63,010 nt of DNA from a virus (lineage: Duplodnaviria; Caudoviricetes): positions 1 to 63,010 of IMG/VR virus record IMGVR_UViG_3300044638_001695. The stretch is one strand, 5' to 3'. The notes under the pieces were generated by a model. That model searched no databases, had not been told where the DNA came from, and worked only from the letters and a program-made list of their open reading frames with translations. The translations under genes were made by a program, and so were the position numbers. Positions 40,954-49,739 of this stretch are shown one piece after another. Position 1 is the first letter of the stretch; each line of letters begins with the position of its first letter.

Positions 40954-41259
40954 CTAAGAAATAGTAACTTGCCCAACGAAAGAAGTAGTCGTTACACCAA
41001 CTGCTTGTATTACTTGCGACCGACTCTGCGGATATCCGGTAAAGTCTGGACGTGGATTACGAATTGCTTGCGGGTCATCTACAGGCCACATACCAAGCTG
41101 AAGCTGCGGCTGGTCTGGACTCCAGCACTCATTACAAGCTTTAATATTGGTAGTCTTCGTCTTAACAATTAGATAGCGTAGTGTCCGTAGTTTATACCGA
41201 AAGCCACAGATATCACACTCCGCAATCGCTTTACTATCAGACGCAAACTTATTACCCAC
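40954..41259 (-). CDS. Zn-finger hypothetical protein
   Basis: AECDICGF, CNECW.PDQPQL, DPQAIRNPRPD. Confidence 0.7.
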   Translation of the reverse strand: MGNKFASDSKAIAECDICGFRYKLRTLRYLIVKTKTTNIKACNECWSPDQPQLQLGMWPVDDPQAIRNPRPDFTGYPQSRSQVIQAVGVTTTSFVGQVTIS

Positions 41260-41261
41260 AA

Positions 41262-41969
41262 CTAGCTCCGGATACCGGTAATGCGTGGCACAAAACGCAC
41301 AGACGCTTTCTCACGATCCTCACCCGCAGCTAACTCAAATTGAAACTCGTACTCTTGTTTTAACATCGGCATACGCGGTGCTAACTCCGGATACTTCATG
41401 GCGATGTAATACGCCAAGCCAGCAGAGATTGCCGGTAAGAATCGGAAGTTTGCGTCTTGGGTGTTTGCACCCGTGCCAGCATCGTCGATACGACGCATAC
41501 GCCAATATTTAAAAACGTAGTAAGGGTCTAATGCCGTACCTTGGTTAGGAACAGGCCATACAACAATCTTAGGGTTATCCCTGAGTCTGCGAACCCATAC
41601 CTGAATGGGGCGGCCTTGAGCTAATTTGTTAGGGATTGTTGCGTAAGTAGATACGCTAATACGAGATATGGTGAGGTCAGACTGGGTGGAGTAGTTACCT
41701 GCGCCTGTACGGATAACATGATCCATTATATCAATCGTATCGGCAGGGAGGTCATACTCAGCTTGACCTTGGATAAGATCAATCTCACCCTCGTCAATCG
41801 TCCACATGTTAATGCCACGGTTTTGAAACTCGATGGTCATTAGGTTCATAGACCGTGTGGCGGTGCGAAGATCATAACCTGTACGCAGTTCTCGACCAGC
41901 GCGTTCAAACGCCTCTTCAGCCAATTCAGCGAAGTCTAGATTAAATGCGGTGGTTCCAGAAACAGCCAT
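41262..41969 (-). CDS. Head-tail adaptor / tail tubular A-like protein
   Basis: EEAFERAG, NRGINMWT, IPNK..QGRP, VWPVP, LAYYIA. Confidence 0.65.
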   Translation of the reverse strand: MAVSGTTAFNLDFAELAEEAFERAGRELRTGYDLRTATRSMNLMTIEFQNRGINMWTIDEGEIDLIQGQAEYDLPADTIDIMDHVIRTGAGNYSTQSDLTISRISVSTYATIPNKLAQGRPIQVWVRRLRDNPKIVVWPVPNQGTALDPYYVFKYWRMRRIDDAGTGANTQDANFRFLPAISAGLAYYIAMKYPELAPRMPMLKQEYEFQFELAAGEDREKASVRFVPRITGIRS

Positions 41970-42202
41970 TATCTAAACCCCGATGTTTTCTTAGCAATAC
42001 GTTTTGGTTGAGCTACAAACTGCTTACCCGCCGCTTTACCTTTACGCTTGGCTTTGGTTGTAGCGGCATACTCAGCAGGGGTCAACGCATCAATAGCCTT
42101 CTTTGGCAAATACCGCTCTCCAGTCTCTGACGACTTTTTGCCTGACTTGGTTGTCCATTTCTGGTCACCCCAATCTTTTAGCGATTTTTGCGGAGCTTTC
42201 AA
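41969..42202 (-). CDS. Small basic protein
   Basis: QKSLKDWGDQKWTTKSG, ERYLPKKA, GKQFVAQP. Confidence 0.7.
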   Translation of the reverse strand: MKAPQKSLKDWGDQKWTTKSGKKSSETGERYLPKKAIDALTPAEYAATTKAKRKGKAAGKQFVAQPKRIAKKTSGFR

Positions 42203-42474
42203 TCCTTGTACCCCCCGCCTGCTTCTTTGTACTTCTTAGCTACTAACTGCGCCTTACGCGCTGACCACTGACCTGCATTCGTACCGTGAGTTGCTGCGGC
42301 TTTTACTTGGGACACAATCCTCTTGCGAAGACTGGGCTTTGTGTAATTGCCAGCAGCGTTCACTTTGCCACCTTCAGCAAACATCTGAAACTTGTCACCG
42401 TCCTTACGGCGCATGGTTTTACCCTTCGGCATCTTTGACGGCAGGATTGCACCCATACCACGGCTTGCTCTCAT
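42199..42474 (-). CDS. Small basic protein with FAEGG motif
   Basis: MFAEGGKV; NYTKPSLRK, GQWSARKAQL, GGGYK. Confidence 0.7.
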   Translation of the reverse strand: MRASRGMGAILPSKMPKGKTMRRKDGDKFQMFAEGGKVNAAGNYTKPSLRKRIVSQVKAAATHGTNAGQWSARKAQLVAKKYKEAGGGYKD

Positions 42475-42746
42475 CGCATTACCTTTGCTTTTTTAGGAGC
42501 AGCCTTTTTAGTTAGAAACATCTTCTCAACCATTTCTATCCGCTGCGGCTTGGTTGTAACTTTGTTAATGATACTTTTCCGTTTGGCGGAAGTTTGATCT
42601 TTATCGTAAAAGCCAGCTTTTTCTAGCGCCTTCTTATTGACCGGACTAGATACCTTACCGCCCTTCTTCATGTAACCCATCTTATTGCGTACTTCAGTGG
42701 GTAACTTTGCAAGTCCGGGGTTGCTGTCTTTATCAATGGGTTTCAT
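42471..42746 (-). CDS. Small basic protein with MKKGG motif
   Basis: ATG 42746; NPGLAKLPTEVRNKMGYMKKGGKV. Confidence 0.65.
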   Translation of the reverse strand: MKPIDKDSNPGLAKLPTEVRNKMGYMKKGGKVSSPVNKKALEKAGFYDKDQTSAKRKSIINKVTTKPQRIEMVEKMFLTKKAAPKKAKVMR

Positions 42747-43087
42747 ACCATACGACCTTTTGTTTTGCCGCGAATAGCACAACCATCGGCTCGTTTAGAT
42801 GCACCAGATTTAACTGACCCACCTTTCTTGTAGTCACGTTTCTTAGTGTAGTCGTAACCTGCATCGGTTGCTGCACGCATATCACGATACTCTTGTGTAT
42901 CGTCGTCTGTTGGGGGATTACCGCTTAGATCCACTGGAGGAAGACTCTTTACGCCTTCCTTCATTCGCTGACGTTGAATAAAGTCTTTTGCAAACTCATC
43001 TGCGCTCTTGCCGCCACGAATCCGCTCAGCAGCTAATTGCGCCATTTCGTTTTGCTTGTCGATCTGTGCTTGACGTTTTGGATCCAT
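42743..43087 (-). CDS. Small protein with shared C-terminal tail, copy 1
   Basis: DYKKGGSVKSGASKRADGCAIRGKTKGRMV. Confidence 0.75.
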   Translation of the reverse strand: MDPKRQAQIDKQNEMAQLAAERIRGGKSADEFAKDFIQRQRMKEGVKSLPPVDLSGNPPTDDDTQEYRDMRAATDAGYDYTKKRDYKKGGSVKSGASKRADGCAIRGKTKGRMV

Positions 43088-43089
43088 GA

Positions 43090-43644
43090 TTACACCATCC
43101 TGCCTTTTGTTTTGCCACGGACAGCGCAGCCGTCGCCACGCTTAGATGCTGAAGATTTAACTGAGCCACCTTTCTTAAATGATCCTTCCACAGCCCTACC
43201 TGCTCGAACGGCTTCTGCGCGACTTCTACGAGCATTGCCAGTATTGCGCATTATCATATCAATCAAATCACCAACAGGACCGGGGCGGTCAAAACTACCG
43301 CGACTAGGTGGAGGACGACGGTTTGCGCCGGGCGTTGCCGATGGACCTTCTTCTGGCATCTCTACGAATTCCGCAGGAGCGGCAGGCAAAGGACGCGCAG
43401 GGATAACTCTACGAGGGGCAACAGGCACAGGACGCGCTTCAGGCATACGAACCTCACGACCCATCAGATCAGCCGCTTGGCGATCCGATAAAGTACCCGC
43501 CATGCGTAAAGCTTCAGCACGGTCTTCGGAGGAAATGCGTTCGTTGCGACCTGCGCGTAAACCCGCATCAACGTCAGCTTGTGTTAGACCTGCATCAATA
43601 TCAGCTTGCGTCATTCCGCCAGAAGCATAGCGTTTCTTTTTCAT
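43090..43644 (-). CDS. Small protein with shared C-terminal tail, copy 2
   Basis: N-terminal RYASGG; SFKKGGSVKSSASKRGDGCAVRGKTKGRMV. Confidence 0.75.
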   Translation of the reverse strand: MKKKRYASGGMTQADIDAGLTQADVDAGLRAGRNERISSEDRAEALRMAGTLSDRQAADLMGREVRMPEARPVPVAPRRVIPARPLPAAPAEFVEMPEEGPSATPGANRRPPPSRGSFDRPGPVGDLIDMIMRNTGNARRSRAEAVRAGRAVEGSFKKGGSVKSSASKRGDGCAVRGKTKGRMV

Positions 43645-43937
43645 AACATTTTTCCTTTGGTTTTGCCCTTAACACAGCACCCATCTGCTCGCTTGGAAGC
43701 AGAACCAACTTTGCCACCTTTAGCCATTTTCTGTGGCTCGTCAAAAGGCAATGCACCCGGAGTGATCTTGCCCATAGACTGTAGGCTGCGTGGACGTGGA
43801 GCACCCATTAGTGCGCCCATGCCGGGTGTTTTCATTTTCATTGGTGCGCGACGACCCTTATCGCGCAAGGCTTTAGAAAAAGCAGGGGATGCTGGGACAT
43901 CGGGGTCATCAACAGATTGGGTTGGAACCATTGCCAT
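43641..43937 (-). CDS. Small protein with shared C-terminal tail, copy 3
   Basis: KMAKGGKVGSASKRADGCCVKGKTKGKML. Confidence 0.75.
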   Translation of the reverse strand: MAMVPTQSVDDPDVPASPAFSKALRDKGRRAPMKMKTPGMGALMGAPRPRSLQSMGKITPGALPFDEPQKMAKGGKVGSASKRADGCCVKGKTKGKML

Positions 43938-43946
43938 GATATTTCC

Positions 43947-44360
43947 TTAACAGGCGCGTCCGCCGCGATTCATTTTAATCATCTTACCTTGGGTTTTTCC
44001 CTTGGATTCGATGCCGCCGCCTTTAGCCATCTTAGTCATGCCGCCACTCTTGGCAGCAAAAGCTGGAACCTTTTTGCCATCTTTCATAACCATTGGCATG
44101 CCGCCTTTTTTAAGCGCTGCCATATCGGTTTTCTTGCCGCCGTGCATTTGCTTGTCGTGCATACCAACGGCTTTTTTGACCATGGCTTTGTCTTGTTTCA
44201 TGTCGCTTTTCATAGCACCACCCTCTTTGAATTTACGGCCTTTATCGGCCTCGTTAAAGTCTTTACCAACGGACTGTGATACACCAACTTTCTTAGCAAA
44301 CGATGGACTGTGGGCAATCGCCGCCATGAAATTAGCTTGTTTTTTTGAGCTAGAGGGCAT
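43947..44360 (-). CDS. Lys/Met/Gly-rich protein with five xxGG motifs
   Basis: ATG 44360 (MPSSSKKQ); FKEGG, LKKGG, AKSGG, MAKGG, MNRGG; KGKTQGKM. Confidence 0.7.
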   Translation of the reverse strand: MPSSSKKQANFMAAIAHSPSFAKKVGVSQSVGKDFNEADKGRKFKEGGAMKSDMKQDKAMVKKAVGMHDKQMHGGKKTDMAALKKGGMPMVMKDGKKVPAFAAKSGGMTKMAKGGGIESKGKTQGKMIKMNRGGRAC

Positions 44361-44614
44361 CAGCATTTCCACCGTTTGAGGCTTGCAGCCTTGCGTGTAG
44401 GTTGACCCTTTTCGTCTTTCATCGGGCCGGGCATACCTGACATTCTGGCACAAAACGACTTCTTACGAGGACCACCTTCTGGCTGTGGAGCCTTTAGGTT
44501 TGATCCAGTCGCAGCATTGTATTTGGCGCGTCCTTTGGCGGTTAAACCAGCCCCCTTGGATACGGGTAGCTTTTCGCCACGACCGATAGCCAGAGAGGGG
44601 GTTTTCTTAGCCAT
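44360..44614 (-). CDS. Small basic conserved phage protein
   Basis: ATG 44614; GLTAKGRAKYN, RKKSFCARM, SLKRWKC. Confidence 0.7.
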   Translation of the reverse strand: MAKKTPSLAIGRGEKLPVSKGAGLTAKGRAKYNAATGSNLKAPQPEGGPRKKSFCARMSGMPGPMKDEKGQPTRKAASLKRWKC

Positions 44615-44882
44615 AGAACACCGTAGCAGTAGCACTAGACAACGTAACGTGAATATCCGTGCGGCAGAGGATACCTTCGCCGGGGATAATGACGTTGACT
44701 GTGCCAGCCGCAGCAGGAGCCGTATAAGAGAAGACTGTGGCTCCACCAGAACCTCCGTCTTTAATGACGACTGTGCCGCCTGTAGCGAACGCCACAAGAA
44801 CGCCTTTTAGTCGAGCTGACGCTGCGTATGCAGTGCCCGTGGTGGTGCGCTCGGCTGCTTTTACATCATATTGCATAGCCAT
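44607..44882 (-). CDS. Small beta-rich virion protein
   Basis: MQYDVKA, IPGEGI, TVFYG. Confidence 0.7.
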   Translation of the reverse strand: MAMQYDVKAAERTTTGTAYAASARLKGVLVAFATGGTVVIKDGGSGGATVFSYTAPAAAGTVNVIIPGEGILCRTDIHVTLSSATATVFYG

Positions 44883-44891
44883 AATTAGCTC

Positions 44892-45050
44892 CTACTGTTC
44901 TTGCGTTTCTTCTGGCGCTTCTAAGCGATTGATAAGCATTTGATAGGCCGCAACAGTTGCTTTTGATTGAAGGAGGAAGACTTCAGCCTTCCCCGCCTCT
45001 TTCTGCAACTCGGCAATCTCTGCTTCCAGAAATTCCTTGGTAATCTGCAT
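44892..45050 (-). CDS. Small coiled-coil protein (52 aa, not in ORF track)
   Basis: MQITKEFLEAEIAELQKE...; TAATG coupling. Confidence 0.6.
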   Translation of the reverse strand: MQITKEFLEAEIAELQKEAGKAEVFLLQSKATVAAYQMLINRLEAPEETQEQ

Positions 45051-45628
45051 TATGTATTCGTTGTGGTCAACATAATGTAGTAAGCAGTGCCAGCGCTGTC
45101 CACAATCTTCAATGAGTTTGTAGCAGCGCCCTGCGTATTTGCCGTTACCATCGCAGAAGGAACATTAAACAAGTTAGCAACCGTACCCGATCCACTGTTC
45201 GTAAAACGAATAAACGAAGCGTTAGTCCAAGTACCGCCAGACGCAAAATCAGAGTCAGCTTGAATAGCTGCGATTGTGCCGCCGGGGTTAGTAGAACTGC
45301 CACCCAATGTAGCGCGAAGCGCGTTACCAGCACCAGAAATAGTGCCCGAGCCATTAATTGACAAGCTAACGTGAGCACCGTTAATTGTGCCGCCTGTTGC
45401 GCCGCCTACGCCTGTCACTCTGGTCAAGGCGCGGATTGTTTCACCGGAACCTGTTGAAGTGAATGTTAAGCGGGAGTAATTTAAACGCGTATCGCCGGTT
45501 GTAGCCGAAGAAGTTGCGTAAGCGGAGTCAATGTTTTGAGCGGTAGTTACAACAATAGGGTCAGTGTCTGTGCCAGAAACAAAACCGTTAAGCGATTTGA
45601 CTGGGCCGCTGAATGTGGTCAATGCCAT
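45050..45628 (-). CDS. Putative capsid-associated fibre/decoration protein
   Basis: MALTTFSGPVKSLNGF; Gly/Thr/Ser-rich; AAGGA RBS. Confidence 0.65.
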   Translation of the reverse strand: MALTTFSGPVKSLNGFVSGTDTDPIVVTTAQNIDSAYATSSATTGDTRLNYSRLTFTSTGSGETIRALTRVTGVGGATGGTINGAHVSLSINGSGTISGAGNALRATLGGSSTNPGGTIAAIQADSDFASGGTWTNASFIRFTNSGSGTVANLFNVPSAMVTANTQGAATNSLKIVDSAGTAYYIMLTTTNT

Positions 45629-45642
45629 GATAATTCCTTGTA

Positions 45643-45714
45643 TATGCAGTACTTCGCCTTATAGTCTCTGCATCGTCCGCTGGGGCGGTCTATAAGGCTG
45701 GAGGTTCCCAGATA
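45643..45714 (-). ncRNA. Putative double-pseudoknot leader RNA
   Basis: 9-bp stem 45656-64/45690-98; hairpin CCGC-CCCA-GCGG; CUGGG/CCCAG and AUGCAG/CUGCAU cross-pairings. Confidence 0.6.
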
Positions 45715-45719
45715 TGCTA

Positions 45720-45748
45720 TTTATACGCTTTATTTAGTTATGGTGCAA
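45720..45748 (-). promoter_or_regulatory. Sigma70-type promoter
   Basis: TTGCAC-17 nt-TATAAA. Confidence 0.55.
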
Positions 45749-46634
45749 GGAGTTTGTTTGCAATTAAGTCTTTATCGGTTTGCGTCTGTGTTGCGCCGAT
45801 GCCACCATAGCTAAACGTATAGCCCGCCAATCGCCCCTTGGATAACGGCTTGCCAGATTTAAGGGCGCGATTCAACGTAGGCATTTTTAAACCGTAATAG
45901 CTTAGTACGGCAGTCAAGCTAGGAAACAAGATTCCATCAGGCATGACAAAGACGGTTTTGCTCATCTTGGCTTTTGATTCCGCCGTATGCTTGCGACCCT
46001 CCCAATGGCTGTAATGGCCGGCTTCTGCGGCGGCACGTATCTTTGCCTTACCTTCTTCAGAAATCGTTCTGGGAGCCTTTTTGATGCCTCTCTGGGAATC
46101 GCCTATCTTTTTACGTGTCTCTTCGTCTCGAGTTTTGCCGAGCCAAGGTTTGACGGGATTGGCTAGTTTGCTGGCGCTGATTTTAGCTTTGGCTTCGGCT
46201 GTGTGAGCAACGCCTACGCGAGGGTGATTAAAGTAATCCTCTGCGTAAAATTCTTTCAGAGAAGTAGAAATCTTTTGCTTTTGCGGATCGCCCATTGCTC
46301 TGCCGTAATTAGGGGTTGCTTCAGCGGGGGCATCCCTCCAAGGGGCGTCTGATCTATATCCAGAGTTGTAGCAATATGGCTTTCCTACGTGTTCTTTTAA
46401 ATAACGATCTTCTATTTCCTGTAGGTTTAATAAATCTGGCACTTCTTCAATAACCACAAAATCAAATTTTGCCTCACCGTACTTGTTCCAAGCGGCCTGC
46501 AAATGTTTACAGTGGTGTCGATTGCCACGCAATAATTTGCGATGTTGACGGAAACGCACTTTTTTATGGATGGTGCTACCTACGTAAAATTTATCGTTAA
46601 CAAGGTTAACAATCTTGTAAATAACTTGGCTCAT
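45738..46634 (-). CDS. Free-standing GIY-YIG homing endonuclease with NUMOD3 repeats
   Basis: VIYKIVNLVNDKFYVGS, RFRQH, LQAAWNKYG; HTAEAKAKIS, HTAESKAKMS. Confidence 0.9.
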   Translation of the reverse strand: MSQVIYKIVNLVNDKFYVGSTIHKKVRFRQHRKLLRGNRHHCKHLQAAWNKYGEAKFDFVVIEEVPDLLNLQEIEDRYLKEHVGKPYCYNSGYRSDAPWRDAPAEATPNYGRAMGDPQKQKISTSLKEFYAEDYFNHPRVGVAHTAEAKAKISASKLANPVKPWLGKTRDEETRKKIGDSQRGIKKAPRTISEEGKAKIRAAAEAGHYSHWEGRKHTAESKAKMSKTVFVMPDGILFPSLTAVLSYYGLKMPTLNRALKSGKPLSKGRLAGYTFSYGGIGATQTQTDKDLIANKLLAP

Positions 46635-46666
46635 TACTATCTCCGGTACAAAGCTAATGAGACTCT

Positions 46667-46695
46667 AATGTACCATCGGTACTCGCGCGTGTCAA
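46667..46695 (-). promoter_or_regulatory. Sigma70 promoter of the endonuclease gene
   Basis: TTGACA-17 nt-TACATT with extended TG. Confidence 0.7.
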
Positions 46696-46702
46696 CAACA
46701 AT

Positions 46703-46726
46703 AAAAAACCCCTCCGAAGAGGGGTT
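46703..46726 (-). terminator. Intrinsic terminator after the major capsid gene
   Basis: AACCCCT-CUUCGG-AGGGGTT then U-tract. Confidence 0.85.
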
Positions 46727-46758
46727 CCAATCTAGCGTAAACGCTTGATTTATAAGGC

Positions 46759-47667
46759 TTAGGCTCCGGGTGAACCGAAGATACCCAGCGGATCGCTCAC
46801 TCCAAACGAGTACCGCTCTCGTGCTTTATAACGACTGTTCCCTGTATCAAAATCGGAATCCATTCCTGTTTGCATTGGAGTGCGGACGAAATGTTTCAGA
46901 CCGTTAGGCACGTCAGTCAACAGGAACCAAGCATTGGTGTCGGTCAGGTAGTTATTGATTGTGTAACCACCGGGGATCGAACCGTTGTTCTCGATTGCGT
47001 TGATGTCGTTATCAGCCGTACCAACACGCAGTTTTGTTTCGAGCAAACGAGTTGCCACGAACTGAAGTGCTGGAGGAATGACCAACTTGGTTGGCTTAGC
47101 GGCGATCAGCAGACCACGTTCGTCTGTCCACGCTGCGATCTGAATAACGGCGGCTTCCAAGGAAGTCTCGTTCAGGTCCGCTGCAACAGAAGGACGGTTG
47201 CTGTTTACACCGCCAGAAACCAGCGGATGTGCAGTCGAGCAAAGGACTTGACCGTCACCGTAGGTATAACCAGCAGCAAATGCGTTGTTAAGGATATTAG
47301 CTGCCTTAACCTGCTTGGTGTATGCCATACCGCGAGCCAATGCTTTGGTGTAACGTGACGACAGGCTGTCGTACAGGTTATCTTCAATCGCTTCTTCAGT
47401 GATCGAAAAGCCCATTGCGATGGTTTCGTGGTTGTAACGTGCCGTCCAAGCTTCCTGCGCGTTGTCATAAGCCATCGCAGCGCCTTCATTCTTGACAGGA
47501 GCAGCGTTAAAGCCCGACAGCTTGGTTTCTTCTTCGAACGAACGCTCTGAAGATTCTGTTTCAAAAATCTCTTTGTGTTGTTCGCCGTACTTTTTGTACT
47601 CAAGACCAAACAAGGCGTTCAAGCCCGGAAGGAGTTCTTTAAGTAGTTGTGCGCGTGAAATAGCCAT
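46759..47667 (-). CDS. Major capsid protein
   Basis: MAISRAQLLKELLPGLNALFGLEY, FSITEEAIEDNLY, LVIPPAL, YKARERYSFG; follows scaffold, has its own terminator. Confidence 0.88.
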   Translation of the reverse strand: MAISRAQLLKELLPGLNALFGLEYKKYGEQHKEIFETESSERSFEEETKLSGFNAAPVKNEGAAMAYDNAQEAWTARYNHETIAMGFSITEEAIEDNLYDSLSSRYTKALARGMAYTKQVKAANILNNAFAAGYTYGDGQVLCSTAHPLVSGGVNSNRPSVAADLNETSLEAAVIQIAAWTDERGLLIAAKPTKLVIPPALQFVATRLLETKLRVGTADNDINAIENNGSIPGGYTINNYLTDTNAWFLLTDVPNGLKHFVRTPMQTGMDSDFDTGNSRYKARERYSFGVSDPLGIFGSPGA

Positions 47668-47678
47668 GATTTAGCTCC

Positions 47679-48284
47679 TTATACGCCGGTTGCGTTGTTG
47701 TACTGGTGCATGCCAAAGTTGATCTTGACGATCACTTCTGGGAACACATCAGCAGCAGTTGCTGTATCTCGAACCACATCAATAATACGAATAGGCAGAG
47801 TGTTGGTTGTGGCAGTCGAGTCCAAAAGAGCTACTTTCGAGTCACCAGTGATGGTCGAACCAGCGTTTTGAACCAGAGTAGCGTTGTTACCGATGGCGCT
47901 GATACCAACACCAGTGATAACGGTTGTGCCAGAAACAACGGCAACTTGAAACAGCGTATCAGGATCATCTGCAACGACTGCAAAAATCTTCGTGCCAGAC
48001 TTGATAGCGGTGCTAGCAGGATAATATTGCTGTTGTTGGATCTGACCTGTTGATGCGTTGGTGAAACTTACACCAAGAAACACGCCGACAGGAGTAGCCG
48101 TAGTCGTACCGGCGTCCTTTTCGATTGTGCCATCAGAAACACGCTTGACGAGATCACCGTAGAAAATGTCAGTAGCATAGCCACTAGCAATTTCCATTAG
48201 GCGGGTTGCTCCGGAGAACACCTGCCCACCGATCAAGTTGATCGGCTTTAGCCCGTAAGGGGCGCTTACAGTTGGATAAGCCAT
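47679..48284 (-). CDS. Capsid-associated (cement/decoration) protein
   Basis: APYGLKP, IFYGDLV, VADDPD..F; directly upstream of the capsid gene. Confidence 0.6.
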   Translation of the reverse strand: MAYPTVSAPYGLKPINLIGGQVFSGATRLMEIASGYATDIFYGDLVKRVSDGTIEKDAGTTTATPVGVFLGVSFTNASTGQIQQQQYYPASTAIKSGTKIFAVVADDPDTLFQVAVVSGTTVITGVGISAIGNNATLVQNAGSTITGDSKVALLDSTATTNTLPIRIIDVVRDTATAADVFPEVIVKINFGMHQYNNATGV

Positions 48285-48293
48285 TTAAGACTC

Positions 48294-48749
48294 CTAAGTT
48301 TGATTACCGGATCCGAAAGTAACCCTTGATTTACGCTCACTAAAGAGCGGCATCGTGGGATTATTTTCTTTCATAAAGTTATTATCTACAGCCCGCATCT
48401 GATTTTCACTCTTTTGTTGAATGGAATCGTCACGAGCCTTGACACGTTCTGCCGGTTGTTTGCATAACATCAGCCCACCAATCACGATGTTGTCCTTAAA
48501 CTGACCGTTTTCGACAATCAGAATCTGGATTTCGGGATGGTCTGCTGCCTTGCAAGGTTCCCAGCCAGAACGAATTTGTGTGGAAAAGTTCGTAGCATCA
48601 GCTTCGCCGCGTGTCGCGATACGCACCCAATGAAATCTCCATCCTGCCTGCGGTTTAGGGCTTGGCAAGGTTTCGGGATCCAGCCATGCTTGAGGGCGGG
48701 ATTCGGTTTCACGAGTTTGTAGATCTTGAGGTAAACGATTTTGAGCCAT
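48294..48749 (-). CDS. Conserved head-module protein
   Basis: GWRFHWVR, GWEP, GGLMLCK. Confidence 0.7.
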   Translation of the reverse strand: MAQNRLPQDLQTRETESRPQAWLDPETLPSPKPQAGWRFHWVRIATRGEADATNFSTQIRSGWEPCKAADHPEIQILIVENGQFKDNIVIGGLMLCKQPAERVKARDDSIQQKSENQMRAVDNNFMKENNPTMPLFSERKSRVTFGSGNQT

Positions 48750-48751
48750 GA

Positions 48752-49729
48752 TTATTTCCTTTGTCCTAAAGCAACCTGTTTGGCGTATTCTTCAAGCGGA
48801 ACTCCAAGCCGTTTAGCCAGAGCTACCGAAGATGGGGTCAGCACAATCTTTTTTGGCGCGGTGCTGCGCGTTGCGGGAGCGACTACGTTAGATTTCTGTC
48901 TTGGTTTTTCAACCTCAACTTCCTCGGCGTCGTCAAACTCGTCGGGAAAAACTTGTCGCATGCGAGAATTGATCTTCTCGTAGTATTCATCTGAGCGAGG
49001 GTCTAAGCCCTGTTTTACTAATTTCTGGTGCAACCCCAGAGCAAAGCTCGTCATCTCGTCATCCGAGCCAAACCATGAATTTTGTTTCTGCCAATTCACA
49101 GCTTTCTCGTCAACTTGCGGACTTGGGGCGGTTTGTTGCTGTTTTACTTCAACTTCTGGTGTTTGTACAGCGGGTAAGCGAAAATTATTTACACGATCAG
49201 CTTTGATTTTAGCCGCAGTCAATTCATCTTGCGCTGCAACAACGGCATCAGAATCACCCGATTCGTAGGCGATTTTGTATTTAGCCTTGGCTTGCTCTAC
49301 CTCTGTAGCAGTAGCGCGTTTAGCCTGCTCAAGAAGGACTTCTTGGTTCTTTCCAACCGTACCTTTTAGATTTTTGTTCTCCTCAAGGATCTGCTGGGCG
49401 AATCGAATAGCCTCTTCTTTCTCGCGGAAAGCTGTCTCTTTTGCGCGACGTTCGTCATGATAGCCCTTGGTTAAGTGGCTCATGCGTTTACGCACTTTTT
49501 CGGAGTAACCCTCTAGTTCTTCATCCGTTGGGTCTTCCGGAGGGTCAGATGGTTTGCGGTTGCGATCCTGTGGTGGGGTGTCATCCACAATTTCGATCTC
49601 AACCTCTGGTTTTTTGTCTTCTGGGACATCAACTTCTACCTCTTTTTCAGAGGCGCGGCCTTCTACTTCTACTTTAAAGTCTTGCTTGTCTAGGTCTTCA
49701 AACCCAAACTCGACTGGTTCCATAGCCAT
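48752..49729 (-). CDS. Scaffolding protein
   Basis: Acidic coiled coil; NSWFG, AKRLGVPLEEYAK C terminus. Confidence 0.7.
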   Translation of the reverse strand: MAMEPVEFGFEDLDKQDFKVEVEGRASEKEVEVDVPEDKKPEVEIEIVDDTPPQDRNRKPSDPPEDPTDEELEGYSEKVRKRMSHLTKGYHDERRAKETAFREKEEAIRFAQQILEENKNLKGTVGKNQEVLLEQAKRATATEVEQAKAKYKIAYESGDSDAVVAAQDELTAAKIKADRVNNFRLPAVQTPEVEVKQQQTAPSPQVDEKAVNWQKQNSWFGSDDEMTSFALGLHQKLVKQGLDPRSDEYYEKINSRMRQVFPDEFDDAEEVEVEKPRQKSNVVAPATRSTAPKKIVLTPSSVALAKRLGVPLEEYAKQVALGQRK

Positions 49730-49739
49730 AATTTATCCT

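Noticed and set aside
45629-46758. Group I intron around the GIY-YIG gene
   Set aside because: Both flanking genes are complete, a terminator and promoter intervene, and there is no room for an intron core.
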